Positions 18,661 to 28,581 of a DNA stretch of 63,431 nucleotides are shown here, one piece after another. The notes beneath the pieces are model-generated. The model worked only from the letters and a program-made list of their open reading frames with translations, was not told where the DNA came from and made no database searches. The stretch lies in the NCBI GenBank assembly GCA_903911825.1, contig CAIWFB010000050.1, forward strand, positions 1-63,431. The letters are read 5' to 3'. The position numbers and the translations under genes are program-made. Each line of letters begins with the position of its first letter. Position 1 is the first letter of the stretch. The stretch comes from an uncultured Verrucomicrobia subdivision 3 bacterium (GTDB lineage: Bacteria > Verrucomicrobiota > Verrucomicrobiia > Limisphaerales > UBA11358).

Positions 18661-20247
18661 ATGAAACCGACCGCGAAATACACAAAATACGCGAACGCCG
18701 TATTGGTTTGGCGTTTCGTCTTTCTGCTTGCGGGTTTGGCGTATTTTGTGGTTCAAAATTCTTTCGCTGCCGATTTCGCCATCCTCAAGCCGGCGGACTT
18801 TGCCCATCACGTCGAGCGATTCAACGCGATGGAGGATGAGAATGTCACCAACACTATCTCCAACGCCGATTCATGGAGCTGGCTGCAAAACGAAATCCCC
18901 TTCTTCGACTGCCCCGACAAGGAAGTGGAAGAGATCTATTATTTCCGTTGGTGGTCATTCCGCAAACATTTCGTGCAGACCACGAACGGCTGGGTCATCA
19001 CCGAGTTTCTCACGCCGGTCCGCCATGCCGGGATTCATAACACCATCAGTTGCGCCGCTGGTTTTCATCTGGCGGAAGGCCGCTGGTTGCGTGACCAGAA
19101 TTTTCTAAATGACTACACGACGTTCTGGCTACGCGGCAATAACGGCCAATCGCAGCCGCATTTTCACAAGTTCAGTAGTTGGTTTGCCTCCGCTGCTTAC
19201 GACCGTTTTCTGGTGAACGGCGATAAAACTTTTCTCACGAACTTGCTCGCGGATTTTGTCGCCGACTATCGCGTTTGGGAAAACGAACGGCTCACGACCA
19301 ATGGTCTGTTCTGGCAATACGATGTCCGCGACGGTATGGAAGAATCCATCTCCGGATCCCGCACGAATAAAAATCTTCGGCCCACGATCAATAGCTACAT
19401 GTTCGCCAACGCTCAGGCTATCGCCGCCATCGCTCGGTTGGGAGGAAGTAAAAAAATCGCCAAAGAGTTTGCCACGAAAGCTGGGAAATTAAAAAAACTC
19501 ACGCAGGAAAAACTGTGGAGTGAGAATGCCAGTTTTTTTGAGGTGCGCCGCGCGGATGGCAGCTTGGCCAACGTGTGCGAGGAATTAGGTTTCATTCCGT
19601 GGATGTTTAGCCTGCCGGACGATAACAAAAAATTTGCCGTCGCTTGGACGCAGTTTATCATCACACAAGGTTTTCAAGCTCCAGCTGGTCTCGCGACGGC
19701 TGAGCGCCGGCATCCGCAATTTCGTTCGCATGGCGTCGGCACCTGCGAATGGGACGGCGCCATCTGGCCGTTCGCGACGAGCCAAACGCTTGATGCGCTC
19801 GCCAATTTTCTGCGCGACTACCGGCAGGACGTGGTGACGCCACACGATTACTTCCACACTTTTCTCGCCTACACCCACAGCCAGCACGCCAACGGTAAGC
19901 CGTATCTCGGCGAATACCTCGACGAAATCACCGGCGATTGGATCAATGGCAAAGGCGGTCGCAGTCGCTATTATAATCACTCCACCTACGCCGATTTACT
20001 CGTCACGGGTGTCATCGGCTTGCGTCCGCGCGCTGATAACGCAGTGGAGATTTCTCCGCTGCTGCCGGCGGACGCTTGGGATTATTTTTGCCTCGATGGC
20101 GTGTCCTACCACGGGCATAAGCTCACGATTTTTTGGGACAAAGACGGCTCTCGCTACGGTCGCGGAAAAGGATTTGTCGTTCTAGCCGATGGCAAAGAGA
20201 TTGCGCGCGTCAGTCAATTGTCGAAAATCAAAGCCCAGCTGCCATGA
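18661..20247 (+). CDS. (alpha/alpha)6 glycoside hydrolase, GH142-like (beta-L-arabinofuranosidase type; MGH1/GH63-like fold)
   Basis: FNAMEDEN, YYFRWWSFRKH, DGMEESISG, RPTINSYM, CEWDGAIWPFATSQTL, RSRYYNHST; matches the recalled C-terminal module of BT1020. Confidence 0.8.
   Translation: MKPTAKYTKYANAVLVWRFVFLLAGLAYFVVQNSFAADFAILKPADFAHHVERFNAMEDENVTNTISNADSWSWLQNEIPFFDCPDKEVEEIYYFRWWSFRKHFVQTTNGWVITEFLTPVRHAGIHNTISCAAGFHLAEGRWLRDQNFLNDYTTFWLRGNNGQSQPHFHKFSSWFASAAYDRFLVNGDKTFLTNLLADFVADYRVWENERLTTNGLFWQYDVRDGMEESISGSRTNKNLRPTINSYMFANAQAIAAIARLGGSKKIAKEFATKAGKLKKLTQEKLWSENASFFEVRRADGSLANVCEELGFIPWMFSLPDDNKKFAVAWTQFIITQGFQAPAGLATAERRHPQFRSHGVGTCEWDGAIWPFATSQTLDALANFLRDYRQDVVTPHDYFHTFLAYTHSQHANGKPYLGEYLDEITGDWINGKGGRSRYYNHSTYADLLVTGVIGLRPRADNAVEISPLLPADAWDYFCLDGVSYHGHKLTIFWDKDGSRYGRGKGFVVLADGKEIARVSQLSKIKAQLP
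18669..18753. repeat. Inverted element with 9-bp-periodic arms inside the signal-peptide coding region
   Basis: Left arm gaccgcgaaatacacaaaatacgcgaa; the right arm 18728-18753 reverse-complements to aaccacaaaatacgccaaacccgcaa. Confidence 0.6.
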
Positions 20248-23200
20248 AGAAAATCGTTTCGCTCCTCCTGCTCGCTAGTGTTCTGTCAGCAGTAGCGGCA
20301 CCGAAAGGCCCGCCGCCGATTATTTCCGTTGGTGCTGATGGTCAGCTCGTTTACGGACTTGATGCGCGTAGCAATCGCGTGCCTGATTTTTCAAGCTGCG
20401 GCTATGCTGGCGGCAATCAGGAAATTCCTAACGTGCCCGTCCGCGTGGTCGTCACACCGACGGCGGGCGATGAAACAGAATTGATCCAACGTGCGCTTGA
20501 TCAGGTGGCCAGTCTCTCGCCGGACACGAATGGACTGCGTAGCGCAGTGTTGCTGCTCAAAGGTCGTCACGAAATTCTTGGCGGGCTTGTCATCACAAAT
20601 TCCGGTGTCGTGCTGCGCGGGCAGGGGGTGGGCGAGGACGGCACGGTGCTCGTTGGCACCGGTCTGGATCGCCGCACCCTCATCCGCGTTTTTGGAAAAA
20701 AAGATTTCACCATCAGCACCAACGCCAACTGGGAAATCGCGGACGACTATGTTCCCGTCGGTGCCACGAGTTTTCACTTGGCCGAAGTTGGTGGTTTGAA
20801 AGCGGGCGATGCGATCCGTGTCATTCGCCCCAGCACACAAGTATGGATTGACCAACTTGGCGCAAATGAATTTGGCGGTGGCGAAGGCGGCGGATGGAAA
20901 CCTGGTTCGCGCGACATCGCGTGGAATCGCAAAGTGAAATTTGTCGAAGGCAATCTGGTAACGGTGGATGCACCCATTACCACGGCGATTGAAAAGGAAT
21001 TGGGTGGCGGCCGCGTGGAAAAATTTTCGTCGCCCGGTCTCATCACTAATGTCGGCATTGAAAACCTCGCGCTTGAATCCACTTTCGATGCAGCTAACGC
21101 CAAGGACGAAAATCATTCTTGGTTCGGCATCACGATGGAAAACACCGCCGATGCGTGGGTGCGGCAGGTCGCGTTCAAAAACTTTGCCGGTTCCGCTGTC
21201 GCGCTTTACGAAACTGTTCAGCGCGTGACGGTGCAGGATTGTTTGTCGCTCGCGCCAGTTTCGGAAATCGGCGGCTATCGTCGCCACACCTTTTTCACGA
21301 TGGGGCAGCAGACGCTTTTCCTGCGCTGCTACGCCGAGCATGGCTGTCATGATTTTTCGGTTGGCCATTGCGGCGCCGGGCCGAACGCGTTCGTCCAATG
21401 CGAGGCCCGCGAGGCGCTGGATGGCAGCGGGCCGATTGAAAGCTGGGCCAGTGGCGTGCTCTACGACAACGTGACAATTGATGGCAACGCGCTGACACTC
21501 GGCTATCTCGCCGGCAATAACGCGGCCATCGGCTGGGCGGCTGCGAATTCTGTGCTGTGGAATTGCAGTGCGTCGGTCATCCGCTGCTGGAATCCGCCGG
21601 GCGCGCAGAATTGGTCGTTCGGTTCGTGGGGCAGTTTTGAAGGCGATGGCGTGTGGCGCAGTTCAAATAATTTCATGTCGCCGGACAGTTTATTCGCCGC
21701 GCAGTTAGGCGCGCGATTGGGTAAAGAATTTTCCGCGCGGTTGCAACTGATGGCGCGACCGCATGAAGAATCCAGTAATCCTTCCGTGGAGAAGGCGCAG
21801 GAACTTGCTGCTGCGTCGCACGAAGCCGCGCCGCTGCTGCGCGACTATATCTCTGCGGCGTCAAAGCGAAATCCAATTCCCGACTCGTCAGGAAGCGCCA
21901 AGCGTATTGAGGACATTGCTGAAATTCATCACTCATCAGTTGTTACTCGTCACCCACTTGTCATCACCAACGGCTGGCTCACGATTGATGGCAAGCTTGT
22001 CATCGGCGGCACGGCGGACGTGACGTGGTGGCGCGGCAGCATCCGACCGGATGAAGCAGATGATTTTGGTTTGGCCGTGACACGCTTTGTTCCCGGTCGC
22101 ATGGGTTCTGGTTTCACGGATGACTTAAATGAACTTGCCGACTCACTTGTGGTAAACGGCAGGATCGCCCTCGATCACAATTACGGTCTCTGGTATGACC
22201 GCCGCCGCGATGACCACGAACGCATCCGCCGCATGAACGGTGATGTGCTGCCGCCGTTTTTTGAAATGCCGTTTACGCGCACCGGCGAAGGTTTGGCGTG
22301 GCTGGGCTTGAGTAAATACGACCTCACGAAATTCAATCCTTGGTATTGGTCGCGGCTGCAACAATTCGCCGACATCGCGGATGCTCGCGGGCTGGTATTG
22401 TTCCACGAAAATTATTTCCAGCACAATATCATCGAAGCTGGCGCGCACTGGGTGGATTCCCCGTGGCGTTCGGCAAATAACATCAACGGCACGGAATTTC
22501 CGGAGCCGCCGCCGTTTGCGGGTGACAAACGAGTTTTTCAGGCGGAACTATTTTACGACGAAACGAATCCCGTGCGCCGCAAGCTGCACGAAGGTTACAT
22601 CCGCCAGTGCCTTGACAATTTTACGAACAACGCGAACGTGATTCAGTTCACCAGTGCCGAGTTCACCGGGCCGTTGCACTTCATGCAATTCTGGCTGGAT
22701 ACGATCAGCGTGTGGGAGCGCGATCAAATCAAAAATTCAAAATCTAAAATCCAAAATCCTTTGGTTGCTCTCTCTGCCACCAAAGATGTTCAAGATGCGA
22801 TTCTCGCCGACGCGCAACGCAATGCGTTGGTGGACGTGATTGATTTCCGCTACTGGTGGCGCACGGACAAAGGCGAGTTCGCGCCGCCCGGCGGCAAAAA
22901 TCTCGCGCCGCGTCAGTTCGAGCGGCAATGGCGCGGGGGCCGGCCAAACGACGAAAATCTCGCGAGCATGGCGGCGGAGTATCGCGGAAAATTTCCTGGC
23001 AAGGCGCTGCTCTGCGATTTTGATTCCGCTGGCTGGGCATGGGTTTGCGCGGGCGGCTCGCTGCCGCGCTTGCCGAAAACAACTGACAGAAATTTTCTCG
23101 CCGCGATTCCGCTGATGCAAGCGTGGCCGGAAGTCTCCGGAAAAAATTATTGGGCCTTGCGTGAAGCGGGTAAGCAAATGCTGATTTTTCATGGCGGCGA

Positions 23201-23351
23201 CTTGGAATTAAATCTCGCGGGCGAGTCGGGCGCATTTCGTCTCCACTTCGTCGATAAAAAATCGGGAACTATAACTGATGGCGAGACGGTTCAGGCCGGT
23301 GGGAAAATCAAATTGCCCGGCGCGAACGTCGTCTGGCTGACGAAGGAATAA
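20244..23351 (+). CDS. Secreted beta-helix plus DUF6298-like protein (pectin-locus associated)
   Basis: Signal peptide MKKIVSLLLLASVLSAVA; PDFSSCGYAGG; beta-helix N-terminal half; YGLWYDRRRDDHER and LSKYDLTKFNPWYWSRL in the C-terminal half. ATG at 20244 overlaps the upstream TGA. Confidence 0.8.
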   Translation: MKKIVSLLLLASVLSAVAAPKGPPPIISVGADGQLVYGLDARSNRVPDFSSCGYAGGNQEIPNVPVRVVVTPTAGDETELIQRALDQVASLSPDTNGLRSAVLLLKGRHEILGGLVITNSGVVLRGQGVGEDGTVLVGTGLDRRTLIRVFGKKDFTISTNANWEIADDYVPVGATSFHLAEVGGLKAGDAIRVIRPSTQVWIDQLGANEFGGGEGGGWKPGSRDIAWNRKVKFVEGNLVTVDAPITTAIEKELGGGRVEKFSSPGLITNVGIENLALESTFDAANAKDENHSWFGITMENTADAWVRQVAFKNFAGSAVALYETVQRVTVQDCLSLAPVSEIGGYRRHTFFTMGQQTLFLRCYAEHGCHDFSVGHCGAGPNAFVQCEAREALDGSGPIESWASGVLYDNVTIDGNALTLGYLAGNNAAIGWAAANSVLWNCSASVIRCWNPPGAQNWSFGSWGSFEGDGVWRSSNNFMSPDSLFAAQLGARLGKEFSARLQLMARPHEESSNPSVEKAQELAAASHEAAPLLRDYISAASKRNPIPDSSGSAKRIEDIAEIHHSSVVTRHPLVITNGWLTIDGKLVIGGTADVTWWRGSIRPDEADDFGLAVTRFVPGRMGSGFTDDLNELADSLVVNGRIALDHNYGLWYDRRRDDHERIRRMNGDVLPPFFEMPFTRTGEGLAWLGLSKYDLTKFNPWYWSRLQQFADIADARGLVLFHENYFQHNIIEAGAHWVDSPWRSANNINGTEFPEPPPFAGDKRVFQAELFYDETNPVRRKLHEGYIRQCLDNFTNNANVIQFTSAEFTGPLHFMQFWLDTISVWERDQIKNSKSKIQNPLVALSATKDVQDAILADAQRNALVDVIDFRYWWRTDKGEFAPPGGKNLAPRQFERQWRGGRPNDENLASMAAEYRGKFPGKALLCDFDSAGWAWVCAGGSLPRLPKTTDRNFLAAIPLMQAWPEVSGKNYWALREAGKQMLIFHGGDLELNLAGESGAFRLHFVDKKSGTITDGETVQAGGKIKLPGANVVWLTKE
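22726..22760 (+). repeat. 7-bp tandem array (aaatcHa-like x5) within a CDS
   Basis: aaatcaa aaattca aaatcta aaatcca aaatcct, encoding QIKNSKSKIQNP. Confidence 0.75.
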
Positions 23352-23357
23352 TTCATC

Positions 23358-24275
23358 ATGAACAAAAATCTATTGATCAAATTGGGTGCCGCAGTAGCGA
23401 CGGCTGTGGCATTGATTTGTCCGCAAACATCTTCAGCGGTGGATGCGACCAACGCTCTGCCGGCTTCCGTTTCCCCGCAGCGTTACAAAATCGCGTTGTG
23501 CGACTGGATGATTCTTAAGCGGCAGAAGCTCGGCGCCTTTCAACTCACGAAGGACATCGGCGCGGATGGAGTCGAGGTGGACATGGGTTCGCTGGGCACG
23601 AACGAAACGTTTGTAAGTGCCATTACGAAAGACGCGGTGTTGCGCCAGCAGTTTTTGGACAAGGCGCGCGAATTGAATCTGGAAATCCCGTCAATCGCGA
23701 TGTCGGGATTTTACGCGCAGTCATTTGCCGAACGTCCGACGGTTCCGCGCATGGTGCAAGATTGCATTGATACGATGGTGGCGATGAAGGTGAAGGTCTG
23801 CTTCCTGCCGCTCGGCGTGCGTGGCGATCTGGTGAAGCATCCTGAACTGCGTCCGCCCATCGTGGCGCGTTTGAAATCCATCGCTCCGCTTGCGGAGAAA
23901 GCGGGCGTGATCATCGGCCTGGAAACCTCGTTGCCGGCGGCAGAGGAGATTAAGTTGCTAGACGAGATCGGTTCGCCCGCCGTGAAATGTTATTTCAACT
24001 TTTCCAATGCGCTCGGCGCTGGCCGCAATGTGCCGGATGAATTGCGCATCATCGGCAAAGATCGTCTCTGCCAGATTCACGCCACCGATGAGGACGGCGT
24101 GTGGCTGCAAAACGATCCGAAGGTTGACGTGTTGAAAGTGAAACAGGCTCTGGATGAAATTGGTTGGAGCGGCTGGCTGGTGATCGAGCGTTCCCGCGAC
24201 GCCCGCGATGCGCGCAACGTGAAGAAGAACTTTGGCGCCAACACGGCTTACCTAAAATTGGTTTTCCAGAAATAA
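23358..24275 (+). CDS. Sugar-phosphate isomerase/epimerase (xylose-isomerase-like TIM barrel) with signal peptide
   Basis: DWMILKRQKLGAF, GADGVEVDMG, IGLET, QIHATD, GWSGWLVIERS; hydrophobic N-terminus. Confidence 0.85.
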   Translation: MNKNLLIKLGAAVATAVALICPQTSSAVDATNALPASVSPQRYKIALCDWMILKRQKLGAFQLTKDIGADGVEVDMGSLGTNETFVSAITKDAVLRQQFLDKARELNLEIPSIAMSGFYAQSFAERPTVPRMVQDCIDTMVAMKVKVCFLPLGVRGDLVKHPELRPPIVARLKSIAPLAEKAGVIIGLETSLPAAEEIKLLDEIGSPAVKCYFNFSNALGAGRNVPDELRIIGKDRLCQIHATDEDGVWLQNDPKVDVLKVKQALDEIGWSGWLVIERSRDARDARNVKKNFGANTAYLKLVFQK

Positions 24276-24279
24276 TTTT

Positions 24280-25893
24280 ATGAACCACGAAACCACAAGT
24301 TACCGATTTGAAAATTTTCCAAAGATACTTGTCATCAGTGGAATCGCTTTATTGTGTGCCGGATTCATTACAGTGGGCCGCAACCCCGAGCAATGGGGCG
24401 TTTTTGAAATGACATTCAATGGTCCGACGAATGGAAATCCATTTCTCAACGTGCGCTTCGCGGCGCGATTTGCGCAGGGCTATGATTCGATTGAAGTTCC
24501 GGGATTCTACGATGGCGACGGAAATTATCGCGTGCGCTTTTGCCCGGAGAAGCAGGGTGCGTGGACTTATGAAACCTTGAGTAACGCGAAAGAACTCAAC
24601 GGCAAGACCGGCAACTTTACCGTCACAAAACCTTCTGCGGATAATCATGGCCCGGTGCGCGTGGCTAATACATTTCATTTCGCCTACGCAGACGGCACGC
24701 CTTACAAACAGCTTGGAACGACGTGCTACGTCTGGACACATCAGCCGGAGGAATTGCAGGAACAGACGCTGAAGACGCTCGCATCGTCTCCGTTCAACAA
24801 ATTGCGGATGTGTGTCTTTCCGAAGCGCTACACGTGGAACACGAACGAGCCGACGATTTATCCGTTTGAGGGCAAGCCGCGCAACTTCGACCTCGAAAAA
24901 TTCAATCCAAAATTTTTCCAGCACTTTGAGCAACGCATTCTTGATCTGCAAAAGCTCGGCATCGAGGCGGACATTATTTTGCTGCATCCCTACGACGATG
25001 GCGCATGGGGTTTTGATCGCATGACGGCGGTGGAGGATGATCGTTATTTGAAATACGTCGTCGCGCGGCTCGCGGCGTATCGCAACGTCTGGTGGTCGCT
25101 CGCGAATGAATACGACTTCATGAAATTCAAGACCGAGAATGACTGGGAGCGCATCGGGCAATTGGTTTCCGGCAGCGACCCGTTTCATCATCTGCTCAGT
25201 ATTCACAACGGCAAAATTCTTTTCAACCAAACGCGTCCATGGATCACACATGCTTCGATTCAAAACGGCGCGGCGGTGCAAGACCCGAACATCGCCGGCA
25301 TCTACCGCGACGCGTATCGAAAGCCGGTCGTGTATGACGAGGTGAAATACGAGGGCGACATCGAGAATCGCTGGGGACAATTGACACCGGAGGAACTCGT
25401 TTTTGAATTTTGGAATGCGACGGTCGCCGGGACTTACTGTGGTCACGGCGAAACTTACAAAAGCGACGATCAAATTCTTTGGTGGTCTAAGGGCGGTGTC
25501 CTGAAAGGTCAAAGCCCCGCGCGGCTCGCGTTCCTCAAAAAAGTTTTGGACGACGCGCCCGCCGAAGGCATTGAGCCGATAGATAAATGGCAGAACCCGG
25601 AATACGGCGGCAAGCCGTCCGAATATTATCTCGTGTATCTTGGCAAGCAGACGCCGACGAGTTGGGAATTCAAATTGCCGAAACCCCCGCAAGGCAAAGG
25701 CCTGCCGCCCGCTGATGGAATGAGGTTTACCGCCGAAATTCTCGACACTTGGAACATGACTGTGACGCCGGTGGATGGCGTTTTCACGCTCAAGAAAAAA
25801 GACGGATATTTCTACGCTGACAAAAATGACCGTCAAATTGCGTTGCCGGGCAAGCCTTACCTAGCGATTCGCATCAAGCAAGTGAAAGAGTAG
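24280..25893 (+). CDS. DUF5060-DUF4038(apiosidase-like)-DUF5605 putative glycoside hydrolase
   Basis: EQWGVFE, GFYDGDG.YRVRF, HFAYADGTPY, PFNKLRMCVFPK, WWSLANEYD, KPVVYDE.KYEG, HGETY. Confidence 0.82.
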   Translation: MNHETTSYRFENFPKILVISGIALLCAGFITVGRNPEQWGVFEMTFNGPTNGNPFLNVRFAARFAQGYDSIEVPGFYDGDGNYRVRFCPEKQGAWTYETLSNAKELNGKTGNFTVTKPSADNHGPVRVANTFHFAYADGTPYKQLGTTCYVWTHQPEELQEQTLKTLASSPFNKLRMCVFPKRYTWNTNEPTIYPFEGKPRNFDLEKFNPKFFQHFEQRILDLQKLGIEADIILLHPYDDGAWGFDRMTAVEDDRYLKYVVARLAAYRNVWWSLANEYDFMKFKTENDWERIGQLVSGSDPFHHLLSIHNGKILFNQTRPWITHASIQNGAAVQDPNIAGIYRDAYRKPVVYDEVKYEGDIENRWGQLTPEELVFEFWNATVAGTYCGHGETYKSDDQILWWSKGGVLKGQSPARLAFLKKVLDDAPAEGIEPIDKWQNPEYGGKPSEYYLVYLGKQTPTSWEFKLPKPPQGKGLPPADGMRFTAEILDTWNMTVTPVDGVFTLKKKDGYFYADKNDRQIALPGKPYLAIRIKQVKE

Positions 25894-25894
25894 G

Positions 25895-28561
25895 ATGAAT
25901 TGTTTTCAAAAAATTCTCGTAGTTGCCTCGCTTGCTTCCAGCTGTCATTTGCTGAACGCGGAGACAATTTCTATTGTCATCGCGTCGAACGCCGTGCCGC
26001 GTGTGGAGTTTGGCGCGGAAAAATTGACGGAGGCACTCAAGGTGGTGAAGTTTGAGGCGACGATTATTCGGACGGAAAAAGTTTTGGGTCGAAAAATTCA
26101 TTTGGAGTCCCCGCATGATGCTGCGATCGGCCGCGAAGGGTTTCATTTTGATTTGATGGGCAACAACGATTTGGTTGTCACGTCGGGCGACGATTCGGGA
26201 GCGCTTTACGGTTGTTTGGAATTAGCCAAGCGCATCCGCACCGAGGGCAAATTGCCGTCTATCGATAACTTCTCCGACAAGCCTGCGATGACTCTGCGCG
26301 GCACCTGCGTCGGGATGCAGAAGACTTACATTTTGCCGGGGCGAAAGGTTTACGAATATCCCTACACGCCGGAATTATTCCCGTGGTTTTACGACAAGGT
26401 GCTCTGGCGCGAATATCTGGATTCGCTGGTTGGAAATCGGATGAACACACTTTACCTGTGGAGCGGCCATCCCTTTGCGTCGCTCGTGCGGCTGAAAGAT
26501 TATCCCGAAGCGGTAGAAGTTTCGCCGGAAGTGTTCGCGCAGAACATCGAGATTTTCCGCTGGCTCACGACGGAGTGCGATAAGCGCGGCATCTGGCTGG
26601 TGCAGATGTTTTACAATATCTTCCTGCCGAAACCGCTCGCGGAAAAATACAACGTTTCCACCCAACTGTCCGCACCCACGCCGTTGGCGGCGGATTACAC
26701 CCGCAAGTCCATCGCGGAATTCGTGAAACAATATCCGAACGTCGGCCTGATGGTTTGTCTCGGCGAAGCGTTGCAGGGCACGGAGAATCAGATCAACTGG
26801 GCGACGAATACAATTCTGCCCGGCGTGCTCGACGGAATGCGTGCCGCCGGACTCAAGGAGCAACCGCCCGTGGTCATTCGCACGCACGCGATGGACGCTG
26901 AGAAAATTATTCCGGCGTGCTTCACGGTGTATTCCAATCTGTTCACGGAAACGAAATACAACGGCGAATCGTTGACCACTTACGAGCCGCGCGGGAAGGC
27001 GGCGGAGACGCATCGCAACATGGCGAAGCTCGGGCCGCACTTGGTTAATGTTCACATTCTCTCGAACCTCGAACCGTTTCGTTACGGTGCGACAGAGTTC
27101 ATCCGCAAATCCATGTTGGCCTCGCGTGACCAACTTGGTGCGAGTGGACTGCATCTCTATCCGTTGTCGTATTGGAACTGGCCTTACTCGCCGGACATCG
27201 CCAATCCACCGCTCAAACAATGGGAACGCGACTGGATCTGGTTCGAGGCGTGGGGCCGTTACGCGTGGAATCCCGATGTGAATACGAATGAAGATCGGGT
27301 TTATTGGGTTGGTCGTCTCGCCGAGTTTTACGGCTGCGATACAAATGCCGCCGGAAAAATTCTCGATGCCTGCAACGCTGCCGGCGAAGTCGCGCCGATG
27401 TTGATCCGCCGATTTGGTATTACGGAAGGCAATCGCCAGACGCTGTCGCTGGGCATGACGCTAGATCAGTTGGTTAATCCAAAAAAATACGGCGCGATTT
27501 CCGAATTGTGGGAATCCCAAGCACCTCTCGGCGAGCGGTTGGATGAATACGTTCGTAAGGAGATCAATGGTGAGCAACACATAGGTGAAACGCCGCAGCA
27601 AGTTGTTGAAGAATCGCTCACATTTTCTCGCAATGCCAGCTATCTACTTAAACCTGTAAGTCAGTTCATTACACATAACCGAGAGGAATTCAAACGGCTG
27701 CAAAACGACATGGAATGCATCCATGAATTGTCAGGCGTTTACGCAACTAAAGCAGAGGCTGCAATGTTGGTGTTGAGATATAACGAAGTTTACTCTGTTT
27801 CCAATATGGTTCGGGCCGGGCTGTTTTTGAAGCTCGGTATCGAGGATTTTGAAAACCTCGTAAAACTTACTCAGACAACCTATCACTTTGCCAACTCCAT
27901 GCAGACCGGGCATCGCAAAATTCCGTTTGTCGGCGCGGCGAACGGCGTGGGCACGAATTATCATTGGTCGCAGGTGCTGCCGCTCTATGAAAAAGAATTG
28001 GCTGATTTCCGGTCGCAGGTTGCGGCGTTGACCAATGGCCAGTCGGTTGCAACCGTAACTGCTGCTCTAATGACCGCTTGGCCCGCTGCCAAATTCAAAC
28101 TCATCAGCACGAACGCGGAAACTTACGACGTGAAGGTTGGCTCTAAACCGTTTACCGACCGCAAATACACCATCACTGAACTTGCGCCGGAATTGAAAGG
28201 TTTGACGGGCATCCGCTTCTCACACGAGGCGGCGAAAAGCGGACATTACGAGCCGATCGAATTTGAAACTACCGAACCCGTGCGCGTGCTGGTTGGCTAT
28301 TTTCAAAATGAGCGGGAGATTTGGTTGCAAGTGCCAAACTTGGATTTTGCGTCGCAAGCCGACGAACGCGGTGGAGTGGATGTGCTCCTGCGCAACGCGG
28401 CCACGATTGATGAATGTCCGACTCTAAACGTTCACGCATTTCGCTACGAGGCTGGGCGGCACAAATTGGAATTAATCGGTAAGGGGAGCTTCGTGGTGCT
28501 CGGCGTAGTTCCGCAAACAGCGCTGCTGGAAAAGCGCGACGCGAAGTTGGGAGTAAAATAA
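25895..28561 (+). CDS. GH138-like alpha-galacturonidase, secreted
   Basis: GMQKT..LPG..VYEYPYTPE.FPWFYDK, MNTLYLWSGHPF, HILSNLEPFRY, FGITEGNRQT; recalled BT0997-like motifs. Confidence 0.82.
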   Translation: MNCFQKILVVASLASSCHLLNAETISIVIASNAVPRVEFGAEKLTEALKVVKFEATIIRTEKVLGRKIHLESPHDAAIGREGFHFDLMGNNDLVVTSGDDSGALYGCLELAKRIRTEGKLPSIDNFSDKPAMTLRGTCVGMQKTYILPGRKVYEYPYTPELFPWFYDKVLWREYLDSLVGNRMNTLYLWSGHPFASLVRLKDYPEAVEVSPEVFAQNIEIFRWLTTECDKRGIWLVQMFYNIFLPKPLAEKYNVSTQLSAPTPLAADYTRKSIAEFVKQYPNVGLMVCLGEALQGTENQINWATNTILPGVLDGMRAAGLKEQPPVVIRTHAMDAEKIIPACFTVYSNLFTETKYNGESLTTYEPRGKAAETHRNMAKLGPHLVNVHILSNLEPFRYGATEFIRKSMLASRDQLGASGLHLYPLSYWNWPYSPDIANPPLKQWERDWIWFEAWGRYAWNPDVNTNEDRVYWVGRLAEFYGCDTNAAGKILDACNAAGEVAPMLIRRFGITEGNRQTLSLGMTLDQLVNPKKYGAISELWESQAPLGERLDEYVRKEINGEQHIGETPQQVVEESLTFSRNASYLLKPVSQFITHNREEFKRLQNDMECIHELSGVYATKAEAAMLVLRYNEVYSVSNMVRAGLFLKLGIEDFENLVKLTQTTYHFANSMQTGHRKIPFVGAANGVGTNYHWSQVLPLYEKELADFRSQVAALTNGQSVATVTAALMTAWPAAKFKLISTNAETYDVKVGSKPFTDRKYTITELAPELKGLTGIRFSHEAAKSGHYEPIEFETTEPVRVLVGYFQNEREIWLQVPNLDFASQADERGGVDVLLRNAATIDECPTLNVHAFRYEAGRHKLELIGKGSFVVLGVVPQTALLEKRDAKLGVK

Positions 28562-28581
28562 TTTCAAATTATAAACCACAC

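Noticed and set aside
24349-25836. 495-aa antisense ORF and many other long overlapping ORFs (for example 20391-21398, 31641-32549, 26375-27220)
   Set aside because: Shadows of well-supported genes on the opposite strand in GC-rich DNA; no recognisable motifs.
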